From contig JABVCE010000003.1 of NCBI GenBank assembly GCA_014905635.1, positions 1,612,001-1,676,000 of the forward strand: DNA of 64,000 nt. Direction: 5' to 3'. Shown piece after piece: positions 39,201 to 52,444 of the stretch. The DNA comes from Scenedesmus sp. PABB004 (Eukaryota). How positions within the stretch are numbered: position 1 is the first letter of the stretch; each line of letters opens with the position of its first letter. The notes beneath the pieces were generated by a model. That model searched no databases. It was given only the letters and a program-made list of their open reading frames with translations, and was not told where the DNA came from. A program made the translations under genes and the position numbers.

Positions 39201-39562
39201 CACGCCCTCAACGTGCAGCTGCAGGGCGCAGGGGGCGCCGGGGGCGCGGGGCCGCGTGAGGCGAACTCCGCGCCGGGCGCGGCGCGGCGGCGCGCCGCGC
39301 GCGGGGGCAGCGCGCGCACGTGGGCGTAGCCGTGGATGACCCTCTCCTCGAAGTTCACGTCCAGCTCAAAGTGGCTGTGCCGCACCACCACCTCGCCGGG
39401 CTTCGCAAAGCTGCTCGCGTCGCCGCCGGCGCCGGCGGGGACCGGCGCCGCCATCGCGCCGCCGCGCGCCGCCGCGGCGCGGGCTGCTGGCGGGCTGGCG
39501 CGGGAGTGCCACCGGGTCGCCGCTGCGAGGCTGCCGCTGGCCGCACGGGCCGCCAGCCGCAT
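36285..39562 (-). CDS. LTA4H: Leukotriene A4 hydrolase / M1 leucyl aminopeptidase, ~11 exons
   Basis: [38 protein letters not shown], zinc motif [14 protein letters not shown]...WLNE|GWT, VPYEKGF, C-terminal [11 protein letters not shown]. Confidence 0.95.
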
Positions 39563-39804
39563 GCGCGCGCCGCCGGCAGCAGCGGCGCGTGCCGCGTTGT
39601 CGCACCGGCGCCGCCGGATCGTGCCCGCGGTCTGCTGCGCGGCGCGTGGCGCTGCCTGGAGGCGTTGTGAGCGCTCGAGCGGGCCCTGGGCGAGCGACAG
39701 CTCCCTCGCGGAGCGCTCCCTAAACCGCGCCAGGCATGCGAGGGCTCGCTATGCGTCTCGGCGCCGGCAGGGCTCGCCCTCTTCCCGAAGCAGCTGGGGG
39801 CACC

Positions 39805-41252
39805 ATGGTGAAGTACGCGCGCGAGCCCGCGAACCCGACCAAGAGCTGCAAGGTGCGCGCGGGCAGCGAGAGCGGCCGGCGGCGAGGCGCCGAGCGGGCG
39901 CGCGGGCGCGGCTGAGGCCGGGGCGCGGCCAGCCCCGGCGCCACGCGTCGCGCGGCGGCCTAGCGGCAGCGGCCGGGGCCCGCGGCCGGCCATCGCGCAG
40001 CAGCAGCCCGCCCCGGCGCCCTGGCGCGGCGCGGCGGTGTGGGGCGGGTCGTGCACGCCCGGATCGGCGCCCCGGCGGCGTGCGGCGGCGCGTGGGCGCG
40101 GGCGCGGGGCCTCCTGCCGTCGCCGACGGCCGGGGCGCCTGCCTGCGCGGCGCGCCGCAGGCTCGCGGGTCGGACCTGCGCGTGCACTTCAAGAACACGC
40201 GCGAGGGCGCCTTCGCGCTCAAGGGCAAGACCCTCAACGGCGCCAAGCGCTACCTGGAGGATGTGATTGCCCACAAGCGGTGCATCCCCTTCCACCGCTT
40301 CACCGGCTGCATCGGCCGCACGGCCCAGGCCAAGAACGAGGGCAGCACCACCCGCCAGGGCCGCTGGCCCGTCAAGTCGTGCGAGTTCCTGCTGAACCTG
40401 CTGAAGAACGCGGAGAGCAACGCCGAGGTGTGGCGGCGCCGCTGCTGCGCTGCGCGCGCGGGGGCTGCGAGCGGCCGGCGGCGGGAGCGGCGGCCCGCAG
40501 CGGCAGCGAGCCGGGCGGCGGAGCCGGGCCGTGGAGCCGGGCGGCGGAGCCGGTGCAGAGCGGCTGCGGAGCTGTGGCGCACAGCGGAAGCAGCGGCGGC
40601 CGGCGGCGGCGATCGCGGCGGCGGCAGCGGCGCTGGAGCTGGCGATGCCGGAGGCGCCGCCCGCGGCAGCGCCAGCGACGCAGGCGGCCCAGCCGCAGCA
40701 GCCAGCCCCGCCGCGCCGCGCGGCAGCGTCGCGGCGTGCGCAGCCGGGGCCTGGCGGCGCGCACGGCGGGCCACCACCGCGCCGCGCGCCCACGCGCGTC
40801 CGCCGCGCCGCTGCTCCTCCGCGCGCGCGCCAGGTCAAGGGCCTGGACGTTGACGCGCTGGAGATCACGCACATCCAGGTCAACAAGGCCATGCAGCAGC
40901 GCCGCCGCACCTACCGCGCGCACGGCCGCATCAACCCCTACATGTCCAGCCCCTGCCACGTGGAGCTCACGCTCAGCGAGAAGGAGTCCAACGTCAAGGG
41001 CGAGGCGGTGAGCTGCGGGCGGGGCGGACCGCGCCAGCAGCGGGCCGCGCGGGCGGCGCGGCGCGCGGGCGTTGCGGAGCAGCCCCTGGGGCGGGCGAGG
41101 GCGGCGCGCGGCGCGGCTGCGGTCGGGCCGGGGCCCGTGCAGCGCGCCGACGCCCCGCGCGTGGGCCGGCCCGCTTGCAGGAGGAGACGCGCGGCGTGAA
41201 GCAGATCAAGGCGCGCCGCGCCAAGCAGCTGCGCCTCGGCGCCAAGGCCTGA
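39805..41252 (+). CDS. RPL17: 60S ribosomal protein L17 (uL22), 4 exons
   Basis: [31 protein letters not shown]...QGRWPVKS...NAE|VKGLD...[23 protein letters not shown]. Confidence 0.97.
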
Positions 41253-41384
41253 GCGGCCGGCGGCGCGCGCGCCGCTGCGGCCGGGCCCCGCGCGCCGGGG
41301 CCGGGCGGACGGCAGCCGCAGCAGGCGCTGCGGCGGCCGACAGGCGCGTCTGCTGCGGCGGTGGCAGGGAAGAGGAGTTGCTCG

Positions 41385-41389
41385 TGTAA
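41385..41389 (+). terminator. Putative TGTAA poly(A) signal of RPL17
   Basis: TGTAA ~130 nt after the stop codon. Confidence 0.65.
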
Positions 41390-41654
41390 GCACGCCCTCG
41401 ACGCACGCACGCGCTCGTCTCGCTGCTGCGGCGCGCAGCTGAACCCCGCCGACGCGCCCTCCAGAGGGCAGCAGCCGAGGGCGCACGCCCGCTCCCAGGG
41501 CAGCCGCACTGCTGGGCGCAGCAGCCGCCCGCAGCGGGCGCGCCGCTGCAGCGGCAGCAGCGGCAGCGCTCGCTCTGCGAGACGACCGCTCGATCCGCAG
41601 GCCGGTTCTGCGTGTGCGGGCCAAGACGACGGCACGGTCGGTCGGGGCAGCGGC

Positions 41655-43233
41655 ATGACGGCTGCGCCGCCGGCGCCGGCGCCGGCGCCGGCGCTGGTCG
41701 ACGACGCCGCCCACGCTGCGGCGGGCGCCTACCTCGCCGTCCTGGCGTTCCTGCACGTAAGAGGGGTGGAGGAGCGGGCCGTCAGCCAGCTCACGGCCAG
41801 CGGCGCAGCGCGCCACCGGCTGCGGCGCAGCGCGCTGCGGCGCGCACGGCGGCGCGCGGCGGCGGAGCGCGCGGCGGCGGCGGGCGCCTTGCTGGCGCGC
41901 GCGGCCCACTCTGCTGCAACCGCCTGCAGGCGTGCGCCAGCCCCGTGGTGCTGCGGACGCTCCGAAAGTGAGGCGCCCTGTGCGCGCGCGGTGCCGCCGC
42001 GCGCGGGGCCAGCGAGCGCTCGCTGACCAGCGCTAGCGCTGGTCAGTGTGTGGCGCCCCGGTGCGCGCACGCAGGGTTGGCGGCCCCGTCCTGCTCGCCG
42101 CGCTTGTGCACTACGTCGCGCTGACCATCGCGCTCTGGCCGGTCGCGCTGGCATGCAGACTTGTGGGTTGCGCCGCCCGCCGCAGGGGGGAGCCGCCACC
42201 GCGCCCGCCGCGCGTGCCCGCGCGGCCCCCGCCGCGCGCCATGCGGCCGCCGCGCGCAGCTGGGCCTGCTGACGCTGCGGCTGGTCAGCCTCGACGTCGC
42301 GGCGCTGGTCTGGGCGTCCCTCTCAATCTACCCCCTGCTCACAATGATGCTCGTCAAGCACCGTGCGCAGCCGCGGCGGCGCCAGCGGCGGCGGCGGCGC
42401 GGCGCCAGGGCGGCCCCGGCGCCGCAGACAGCCGCGCCGCGACGCCGGCGCCGACGCAGCCCCGCCGCGCCGGGCCGCGCCGCCGCCGCCCGCAGTGCAC
42501 CGCGCCGCGCTGGACGAGTGCTTCATGCACTCGCTGCGCCAGCTGGACCCGGGGTTTGCCGCGGCGCTCGCGGCGGCGCCGCGCCGGTTCAAGGCGACGC
42601 CGGCGGAGCGCTGGCTGCGCGCGCTCGGCCTCGGCCGCTTGCTGGCGGGCAGCGACGGCGACGACCTCGCGACCGCGCTGACGCTCATGCTGCTCTCAGC
42701 GCTCCTGCGCGGCTGGCGCAGCCTGCCCGGCGGCTGGCTGCTCGCGCCGCTCGCGCAGTTCCTCAGCATGCGCGCCCTCGTCGGCCGCCCCGGCGCCGCG
42801 GCGGCGCTCGCGCTGCTCGCTGCGCTGGGCCCGGGCTGCGAGCGCGGCGTGATCGCGGTCGTGGAGCTCTGGGCGGCCGCCCGGGCGGCGGCGCGCGGCG
42901 CGCTGCGCGCCTACACCAACCGCGCGGTGCCACGGGCGTCCCTCGCGGCCTTCTCGACGTGCGCGCGTCGCGCGCGCGCCGGCCGGCGGGGTGCGCGCGC
43001 GCGGAGTGCGCCGCGGCCCTGACGCGCCCCTGCCGCTCTCCGTGTCGCGCCGCCGCAGCGCGTACGAGTTCACGCTCGTGGCGTACTTCGCGCTGCCAGT
43101 CCTCCTCATGCGCGTGCCGCTCGTGGGCGCGCTGGCGGCCTTCCCGGCGGCCGCGGTCGGCGCGGCGGCGCTGCAGGACCTGCGCACGCGGCCGCCGGAG
43201 CGCCTGCCCGTGCCGCTCGGCGCGCTGCAGTAG
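41655..43233 (+). CDS. Hypothetical multi-pass membrane protein (weakly EI24-like), multi-exon
   Basis: Hydrophobic exons (LLAALVHYVALTIALWPVAL; VWASLSIYPLLTMML; DECFMHSLRQLDP; LVAYFALPVLLMRVPLVGAL) separated by intron-like GC repeats. Family assignment is tentative. Confidence 0.55.
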
Positions 43234-43902
43234 GCTCGTCGGCGCGCTGCGGTGGGCCGCCGCCGCGAGCGCGCGGCCGCCGGGAGCGCGCTCGTGGCGG
43301 CGGCGCAAGCGCAGGGCCCAACGCCGCGCGGCGCCGCGGGCGCCGGGGAGTGCGTGCGGCCTGTGTGCAAGGGCCACACCAACGGCCACACCAACCGCAG
43401 GGGGCCCGCGTGCTGCACGCCACCACACGCGCGCGCTCGACGACAGCGGCCGCGCCCGCCGCCGCGGCACCGCGCACTCGCCTGCTCGGCCCCGCAGCTC
43501 GCCGCGGTCCAGCTCAGTGGTCTGCACGGCCTGGGCGGGGGGTCGCACGACCGCGGGCGGCCCACAGCGGCGCACAGCCATCAAATCGGCAGCCCCCGGC
43601 CTGCTCCCGCGGCGCTGGGCGCCAGGTGCGCCCCCTTCGTAGCGTGCCGGCGTCTCGTCAGCACCACAGCGCGCGTCGGCAGGGCCAGGGGCAGGCGAGG
43701 AGGCCAGGCGGGGCGGAGAGTAGCAGACGCTTCCCTTCTCGGCCCACGCGCGCGCCCCGGCCGCCGGCGGGCCCGCCCAGCGCACGCCACCGCGTCCCTG
43801 CGTGCGTGAACGCCGCAGGCGGGCATGGCGCTGCGGGGCCGGCGCAGCCGGCGGGGGCAGTGAGACAGCGGCGCCGCGCACGCGGCGCGCCGCCGCGCGG
43901 CG

Positions 43903-46900
43903 ATGGCGTTCCTGCTGCGCCAGAACTCCACCCGGGAGCGGCCGGGCAAGACAAAGTCGTTCTCCATCCGCACCGGCCGGTGGGAGGACAGCGTGGCGGG
44001 GGGCGGCGTGCCGGGTGCGACGCGCGGCGCGGCGTGCCTGGGCGCCAGCGGCGGGTGGCGGCAGCAGGCGCGTGTGCGAGTGCGTGCTCGCGGCGCCCGT
44101 GCCCCGCGCAGGCGCGGCCCTGCCGTCGCGGGAGTTTCTCGCCGCCACGCACTTCCTGCGCGCCGAGGTGCAGGCGGCGCACGCGGCGGTCGCGGCGCTC
44201 GACCGATACCATGTGCGGCCGCCGCGGGGCGATGGCTGGGCGCAGCGGCGGCGCGGCGCGGCGGGAAGGCGCGCGGGCTGGCGCCCGAGCGCGGCGCGCC
44301 GGTCAAGCGGCCGCCGCCGCGCCGCGCAGGTCAAGCTCAACAGCTTTGAGGACAAGGGCATGGAGCTGGTGGAGGAGGCGCACAGGTGCGGCGCGGCGCG
44401 GCGAGGCGCGGCGAGGCGGCAGCACGCCGGCGGCGCGCGTGACGCGGCGCCGCGCCGCGCCGCGCCGCGCAGGGCGCTGAGCCGGCTCGAGCGGGCGGTC
44501 GTGACGAGCAGCGCCGCGCCGGAGCTGATCGTGGTTGCGTGTGAGATCAAGGTCGCGTGCACGCGCGGGCTGCACCTCTTCCGCACCTATGGCCGGTGCG
44601 GCGGCGGCGCCGTGCGGCGCGCAGCGCCCCAGGCGGGCCCCCTGCGCTCGCCGCGCCCCGCCCTACGCGCGCGCCTCGCCCCGCCCCTCGCCCTGCCGCG
44701 CCACGCCCGCCCGCCAGGTACCACTACCTGGGAAAGATTGTCGCGCTCGCGACGGCGTCGAGCGTCACGGCCAAGTATGACGCCGTCATAACGCGCCTCA
44801 CGGGCATCATGCCCGCCGACCTCCACGGCGGCCTGCTCGGCGACGGCAGCACGCACCCCGTGCCGCACGCGCCGCCGCCGCCGGCCGGCGCCGCGGAGGG
44901 CGCCGGCGCCGCGGCCGGCGCCGGCGGCGGCGGCGGCGGCCCGGAGCACGCAGCGGCGGGCAGCGGCTCGCCTGGCGCGCAGCGACCGGCGCAGGCGCAG
45001 CAGGCGCCCGCGTCGCCGCCGCCGTTTGTGCTCGTGCGCGACGGCCCGCACGAGCGCGTGACGGCGCTGTGCTTCCTGGCGCCGCCCGACAGCCTGTCGG
45101 CGGGGTGCTGTGTGTGGTGGGCGCTCGGCGGGCGGCTGGAGATGTTTAGCGCGCTGAGCGATAGCACGACGAGCTTCGGGCCCGCCCCCGCGCCCGGCGG
45201 CGTCGTGGCGGCCGCGGCGGGCCTCGGCGTGCGGCGCGGCGCGGGGCCGATCAGCGCGCTCACGCTGGACGGCGCGGGCAACGTGTGGGCGGGCTGCGCG
45301 AGCGGCGCGGTGCTCATGCGCCGGCGGTGCAACTGGGAGGCGGTGCTGGTGGAGCGCATGTTTGCCAGCGGCGTGCGCGTGCTCGCGGCCGACGCGGACA
45401 GCGACGTCGTCTGGGGCGGCGACGAGTCGGGCCGCCTCGCAGTGTTCAGGTGCGGCGGCGGCGGCGGGCGCGCGCTGCGGCAGCGCCGGCGGCGGCGGGC
45501 GCGCGCTGCGGCGGCGCCGGCGGCGGCGGGCGCGCGCTGCGGCGGCACTGGCGGCGGCGGCGGCAGCGCCGTGGCCGGCACGCTCACGCGCCACGTGCGT
45601 GCGCGCCTGCGGCCGCAGGCTGCACGAGGGCAGCCTCTCGTCGCGGCTGGAGTGCACCGCGACCATCCTGCCCGGCCGCGCCAGTGGGCCGCTCGCGGGG
45701 CGCAGCACAGGGGTGCTGGAGATCAAGCCGCGGTGCGCGCGGGCGCGGGCGGCGCGGGCGCCGGCGGCCTGCGCCCGGCGGCGACGGGCGCGCCGACCCT
45801 CCGCCCCTGCCGCCGTGGCCGCCAGGTCGCTGCTGCATCGCCGCACCGTGTCGGCGCTGGGCGGCAGTGGCAGCGCGCCGGCGCGGCCCGCGGAGGGCCC
45901 CGTGCGCGCGCTGCTCGTCCGCGACGACCGCGCCTGGGTGGCCGGCGGGCGGGGCGAGCCGTGGGTGGGGCTGTTCGACGCCGGCAGCGGTGAGCCGCGC
46001 GGGCAGGCGCGGGGGCGGCGCGCGGGCGGGCGCGCGTGGCCCTGGTCGCCCGGCCGCTGCGCCGCGGCGGCGGCGGCGCGGCCGCCGCTGCTCACGCTTG
46101 CTGTCCGCGCCCGCAGGCGCGCAGCTCGACATGTGGGCGTGCGGCGCGTTCGGCGCGTGCACCGCAATGGCCTGCCTCCTCACCACAGCGGCGCACGCGC
46201 AGCGCCGCGCGGCGGCGGCGAGCGCGCGGAGCGCCAACGGCGGCAGCAGCTCCGCGCCCGGCAGCACCAGCAGCGCGGCGGGGCTGCCCGCGGCGGTGGG
46301 CGGCGTGGGGTCGAACGCCAGCATCGCCTGCGTGCCTGAGGACGGCATCGGCGAGGCGCCGCGCGCGTCGTGGCGCCTCGTCACGGGGCACGAGTGCGGG
46401 CAGCTGCTGCTCTGGAGCGCCGCGACCGACACGCTGTCGCCGCTCGTGCGCGTCGGCGAGCCGGGGGCCAGCCCCGTGCGCGCGGTCGCGGCGCTGGAGG
46501 GGCACGGCCTGCTCGCCGTCGCGCGCGCCAGCGGCGAGCTCGTGCTCTTTGCCCGCCCGCCGCTGGACGAGGACTGGCTGCTGCCGCCGCCCGACTCGCC
46601 GCGCGGGTCGCGCCCCGCCTCGCACTCGGGCGCGGGCGCCGAGCCGCCGCGCTCCGGCGGGAGCGGCCCCGCCGCGCTCGCGGCGCAGCTCGCGGCGCTC
46701 ACGCGCACGAGCAGCGGCCAGCAGCGGGTCGACCTGCCGACGATCAAGCCGCGCACGGCGGTCATCAGGGCGCACCGCACACCGCTCGCGGCCGCCGCGG
46801 CGTGCGGCAGCGGGCTGGTCACCGCGAACGCGCTGGGCTCAATCAAGCTCTGGCCCGCGGACGCGCTCGCGGCTGAGGCGGAGCGCGCGGGCCTGCTGCT

Positions 46901-47214
46901 GCTCGCGGCGCGCCACGCGGCGGCGTCTGTGTCGGCGCCGGAGCTTGTCAGGCGCGCCGCCGCCGCGCGCGGGCGGGCGCCGCGCCGCGCCGCGCCGCGC
47001 CGCGCCGCAGCGCGCTGCCGCCGCGCCGCCCACGCGCGCCGCCGCGCCGCCCCGCGCCACGCGCAGCCTCACGGGCAGCCGGCGCACCACGACCGTGGGC
47101 TCCTCCGTGGGCAGCGAGGCGCTGCCCGCACAGTTCTTCAGCGCTTTCAGTGCCGCGGGCGCCCGGGAGCAGCAGCCCCCGGCGTCGTGGCAGCAGCAGC
47201 AGCACCCTGCGTCG

Positions 47215-47278
<64 letters not shown>

Positions 47279-50023
47279 CGGGCGGCCAGGGCTTCTTCCT
47301 GGACAGCCAGAGCGGCGCCGGGTCGGCGGCGGCGGCAGCAGCGGCTGCCGGCGGCTCGCCGCTGGGGGCCGCAGCCCGCGCAGCGCGCCGCTCGACATCC
47401 CCGCGGCGGCCGCGGCCGCGGCGCGGGCCGCGCCCGCGGCCGGGTCGCTGGGGCCCGCCGGCGAGCTCGCGTGCGCGCCGCCGCGGCCCGGCAGCCTGCC
47501 TGGCAGCCTGAGCGCAGCGACGCACGGGGGCTTCCTGGCGGAGCCGCCCTCGTCGGCGGGCAGCTTCGGCGCGGCCGCGGCGGCCATGGCCGCGGCGCTG
47601 CCGCACGGGCAGCCCGCCGGCCCGCTCGCGGCGGTCGCGGCGCGCCGCGCGCCGGGGGGCGCCGCGCTGCCGGGGCTCGCGCCGCCGGACGTCATCACCG
47701 CGCCGCGCGCGCCGCGCGCGCAGCGCGCGCCCGACGCGCCGGGCGAGGACGGCGCGGCGAGCCGGGAGCGCCGCAAGTCGGAGCGCCGCGTGAGCCGCGG
47801 CGCGACGCTGCAGTGGAGCACGTGCCAGATCATCGCCTCGACCGAGCTGAAGCTGCTCAGCGCCATCGGCAGCGGCGCGTTCGGCAAGGTCCGCGCGCGC
47901 GGGCGCGGGCGCGAGGGGGCCAGGGGCGCGGCGGGGACAGGGCGGTGGGGGCGCCCGCACGTCGCCCGCGCGGCGCGGCGCGGCGCGGCGCGCGCGCAGC
48001 AGCGAGCCCACAGCCCGGCGCCGCGCGTGCGCGCCCGCGCGCGGTGCAGGTGTGGCTGGCCGAGTGGATGGGCACGCAGGTCGCGGTCAAGGAGCTGGTC
48101 AGCCTCGCGGACAAGGCCAAGGACACGGCCGCGGCGCGGCGCGCGCGCCGCCCGCGCGCGCCCGCGGTGGCGACGCCGACGGCGGCGGCACCGCGAGCGA
48201 CAGCGACAGGCGCGGCCCGCGCCGCGCCGCCGCGCCGCGCGCCCGCGCCGTGCGCCGCCGCCCCCTCACGCTTGCCCCCCCCCTCCCTTGGAACCTGAAC
48301 CCCTCCGCCTCACCCGTCCCGCGCGGCGCGCAGCGGCGACAGCGTTGACGCGGAGGTGAGCAGCGAGCTCAAGGCGCTCATGGACGAGGTCTACCTGCTC
48401 GCCTGCCTCAGCCACCCCGCCATCACGCGCTTCTGCGCGCTCTGCCTCGACCCGCCAGCCATCGTCATGCAGGCGCGGCTCCGCGGCGCGCGGCGCTGCC
48501 ACGGCGCGGCGCTGCGCTGGTGCAAGCGCACCGCGCTGGCCGTGGCGCGGCGTGTCGGGGGGCCGCTAAACCCTGATCCCTGCCCCCTCAAACTAAACCC
48601 CGCCACCCCCGCAGTACTACGCCCACGGCTCCCTGTACGACCTGCTCAAGCGCGGCCGCCGCGGCGACCGGCGCGCGGCGGCGCAGCTCACCTGGGCCAA
48701 GCGGTGCGCGCCGCGCCGCGGCGGCCGGGCGGCCGGGCGGCGGGGCGCGGGGGCCACGCCCCCACACACACATACACGGGCGCGCACACACTCACCCGCT
48801 CCCCTGCCCGCGACACGCCCCCTCCCCCGCCGCGCCCGCGCCTGCCGCGTCCAGGCTGGACATGCTGCGCGACGTCGCCGGCGGCATGGTCTTCCTGCAC
48901 AGCCGCCGCCCGCCGGTCGTCCACGGCGACCTGCGCAGCCCCAACCTGCTGCTCGACCTCGCGGCGGACCGCTCCGAGCCGCGCTTCCACGCGCGCATCG
49001 CCGACTTTGGCCTCGCGCGCGTGCTCGGCCCCGGCGGGCGCATGCCCGTGTCAAAGGCGCGCGAGGCACACCGCGCGCTGCCGCGCCGCCGCGCCGCCCG
49101 TGCGGGGCGCGCCGCCGTCGCACGGGGCGCCGCGGCTCACGTGCGTGCGCGCCGCGGCCCCGCCCGTCCGCCCGCCCGCCCCGCGCCCCGCAGGTGACCA
49201 ACCCGCGGTGGAGCGCGCCCGAGGTGCTGCGCAGCTCGACCGTGAGCACCAGCACCGACGTGTTCAGCTTTGGTGCGCGGGGGCTGGCCGCTGGCGCTGG
49301 CGCGGCGGCCCCGCACGGCCCGCGCGTGCGATGCCCGCCGCCGCTGGCGCACGCGCGCCGCCGAGCGCCCGCGTGGCGCGCCGCGCGCCGCGCCGCGTGC
49401 CGCAGGCATCGTGATGTGGGAGGTGCTGACGTGGCAGCAGCCGTACGAGGACATGATGAGCGTGCAGGCGCGGCACACAGCGCGGCGCGGGGCGCGGAGT
49501 GGGGGACCGCGCCGCCCGCTGCGCGGCGGCCAGGTGCACGCAGCACGCGCAGCACACGCCCGGCGCCCGGCGCGCGCGGCACCGAGGAGCCCCTCCTCCC
49601 ACCGCACCCACACGTGCACCCGCCCGCCCGCCCACCCGCCCAACCACCCCCCCCCAGGTGCTGTTCAGCGTGATGCAGCAGTTCCGCCCCGAGGTGCCGC
49701 CCCTCGACGAGCTGCCGGGGTGCCCCGGCGCCACGCTGCCGCGCTACCTTGACCTCATGACCGCCTGCTGGGCCGAGGACGAGGCGGCGCGGCCGGGCTT
49801 CGAGGCCATCGCCGCGGCCCTGGACGAGATGCGCGCGATCGACTGCGCCCCGCGCGGCGCCGGCGGGCGCTCCGGCGCGGGCAGCCGGCGCGTGAGCTAC
49901 ACCGACACCGGCACGCCCACGTACGGCACGCCGACCGGGAGCAGCGCGTTTGGCGGCTCGCCCGCGCCGTCGCTGCCGGGCAGCGCGCCCGGCAGCGGCG
50001 CCGCCGGCGCCGCGGCGGCGGCG

Positions 50024-50062
<39 letters not shown>

Positions 50063-51741
50063 AGCGGCGCGCCGAGCAGCGGCGCGGGCGGCGGCGCGTC
50101 GAACGGCGCGGGCGACAGCGCCAGCAGCACCGTGCGGCGCGGCGCGGCGCCGCCGGCGTGGGGCCACGGCGCCGGCGCCGTGTCAGCGGACAGCGCGACC
50201 AGCATCGGCGACCCCTGCGCCGTGGCGGGCGCGGCCAAGCAGTCGCCGCGCGCGGCCTCGCCCGCGGGCGGCGGCCACAGCGGCGGCAGCTCGCCCGCGT
50301 TTGCGGCGCACGCCGAGCCGAGCTTTGCGGCGCACGTGGCCCCCCTGGCGGCCGGCCTCGGCGGCGGCGGCGCGCTCAGGAGCCCGGCGCTGCCAGTGCC
50401 GCGCAGCCCGAGCCGGCTCGGCTCCAGGCGCGCGCTCGGCAGCCCGTCGGGCGGCGGCAGCGGCGCGCACGGCCCGCCGGGGCTGCAGGGCCTGGCGCCC
50501 ATCAAGACGGGCTCGGCCGGCCTCGCGCCGCCGTCGCCGGTGGCGTCGCCGCACCGCGCGGCCTCGCCCTTTGCGGCGGCGCAGCCGAGCGTGCCGCCCG
50601 CGGCCGCGGGGCAGCCGGGCGCCGGCTTTGCGCCGCCGCGCCCCACCAGCCCCTTTGCCGCCGCGCAGGCGGACGGCGGCGACGGCTCGCGCCCTGCCTC
50701 GCCCTTTGGGGGCGCGGAGCAGCAGGCCGCCGCCCCTGGGCGGCCGTCCAGCCCGTTTGCGGCGGCGCAGGAGCAGGCGCCGGCGGGCGCAGGCTTTGCG
50801 CCGCCGCGCCCCTCCAGCCCGTTTGCGGCGGCGCAGGAGCAGGCGCCGGCGGGCGCCGGCTTTGCGCCGCCGCGCCCCTCCAGCCCGTTTGCGGCGGCGC
50901 AGGCGCAGCACGGCGGCGAGCGGCCGGGGCAGGCTGTCGGCGACGCCGCGCCCGCGCCGCCGCTGCAGCAGGCGCCGGGGCCGCCGCGGGGCGTGGCGCC
51001 GCTGGCCCTGCAGCCCGCGCGACGGCAGCGCCGACTCGGCCGCCACCAGCGACAGCCTGGGCGCGCACAGTCCGTTTGGCATGAGCCAACCGGTCGCGTG
51101 GGGCAGCGGCAGCGTGGCCAGCCCCATCACCAGCCCCTGCACGAGCGCGAGCGGGGCCGCCGCGCAGCTGGGCCCCGGCGGCGGCTCCGCGCACCACGCC
51201 CCCAGCCGGCTGGGCCAGGCCAGCGGCGCGCCGGGTCAGGCGCGCGGCGCGGCGTGGCGTCGCCGTTTGCCGGCATGCTGCGGGCGGACTTGCAGGAGGG
51301 CCCCGTTGTGGCGCACTCGGTCGCGGCGGCGCAGGCGGCGGCGGCGGCGGCGGCCGCGGCGGCTGCGGCGGCGCCGCAGCAGCAGCAGGCGGCTGCGGGG
51401 CTCCCGCTGGGCGGCGGCCCGGCGGGCCAGCCGAGCAGCGACTCTGCGAGCGCCAGCGGCAGCGGCTCGGTGATCGCGCCGCACGGCAGCGCGGCGCTGT
51501 GGGGCAGCAGCTCGGGCGTGCTGGGCGCCGCCGCGGCAGCAGCAGCGGCGGGCGCCGCCGCGGGGCGCAGCAGCAGTCGTTCGCGTTTGCCGAGCACCCC
51601 TCGCTCGCGCTGCAGCGTGGCGCCGCGGACGGCGCGGGCCCTGGCGCGGGCTCCTCCGCCGCGGCGCCCGCGGGCGCGTGGGCCGGCGCGGGGCCTGGCG
51701 GCTCGATCACCTTTCCCAGCGTCGACGCGTTTGCCGCCGGC

Positions 51742-51773
<32 letters not shown>

Positions 51774-51792
51774 GCGGCGGCGGCGGCGGTGA
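43903..51792 (+). CDS. Large Raf-like/TKL Ser/Thr kinase with N-terminal WD40-like region and low-complexity C-terminus; 3' end uncertain
   Basis: IGSGAFGK|VWLAEWMGTQVAVKEL, HGDLRSPNLL, ADFGLARV, NPRWSAPE, DVFSF|GIVMWE, LMTACWAEDEAARPGF. Upstream beta-propeller-like repeats (GNVWAGCASGAV, VVWGGDESGRL, LVTGHECGQLLLW, LVTANALGSIKLW). Confidence 0.85.
50745..50903 (+). repeat. 66-bp coding tandem repeat (SSPFAAAQEQAPAGAGFAPPRP)
   Basis: tccagcccgtttgcggcggcgcag recurs at 66-bp spacing three times. Confidence 0.8.
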
Positions 51793-52042
51793 GCGGGGCA
51801 GGGGCGCGCAACCACCACCGGAGCAGGAGTGATCACCCGGCGGCCTGCGCGCTCGTGCGCGCGGTGCTGGCCGCACCGGTGATCCGTGGCGGGGTTGTTG
51901 TTATGTTCTGCGTTCTGTGCACTGGGCGCGCTCTGGCTGCGGGCTGGCGCGCTCGTGCACGGCGGCGGCGGCCAACATCGGACGATCGCGCGCGGCGCTG
52001 TGTCAGGCGGTTTGTCGTCTGGCTGCGGCCGGCCCTGGCAAC

Positions 52043-52047
52043 TGTAA
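52043..52047 (+). terminator. Putative TGTAA poly(A) signal of the kinase gene
   Basis: TGTAA in a U-richer region ~250 nt after the probable stop. Confidence 0.55.
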
Positions 52048-52444
52048 ACGTTGCCAGGCTGAAGAGCGGCCGCCGAGGGCACGGCCGGCCGCGCTGCGCG
52101 GCGGGCGGGCGCGCGTGGCGGGCGCACGCGGCGGCGCGCGGCGGGCGCACGCGGCGGCGCGCGGCGGCGGCGCGAGACGCCGTGTTTGTTTGAGGCGGCA
52201 GCGACGCAGATCGAACGCAGCGCCGACCACTGTTACGCCGACTCGCCGGCTGCTGCTGCTGCTACCCCGCGTGTGTGCGCCGAGCTCCCCGGCCCGCGCT
52301 TCCCCTGAGCCGCATTCCCCGTCGCCGCATCCGTCCGCCACCTCCCGCCGTCGGCCGCGCGCGCCAGGCGGGCCAGCAGCAGATCGCGGCGCTCGGCGGC
52401 TGCCTCGGCGCGCCTGGGGCGGCCCCGGTCCCGCGGCCGCCGCG

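Noticed and set aside
47360..51600. Frame breaks in the kinase gene (~47365 and several in 50930-51580)
   Set aside because: They fall in G/C runs or possible short introns, and the catalytic motifs are intact. Assembly indels or unrecognised introns are more likely than a pseudogene.
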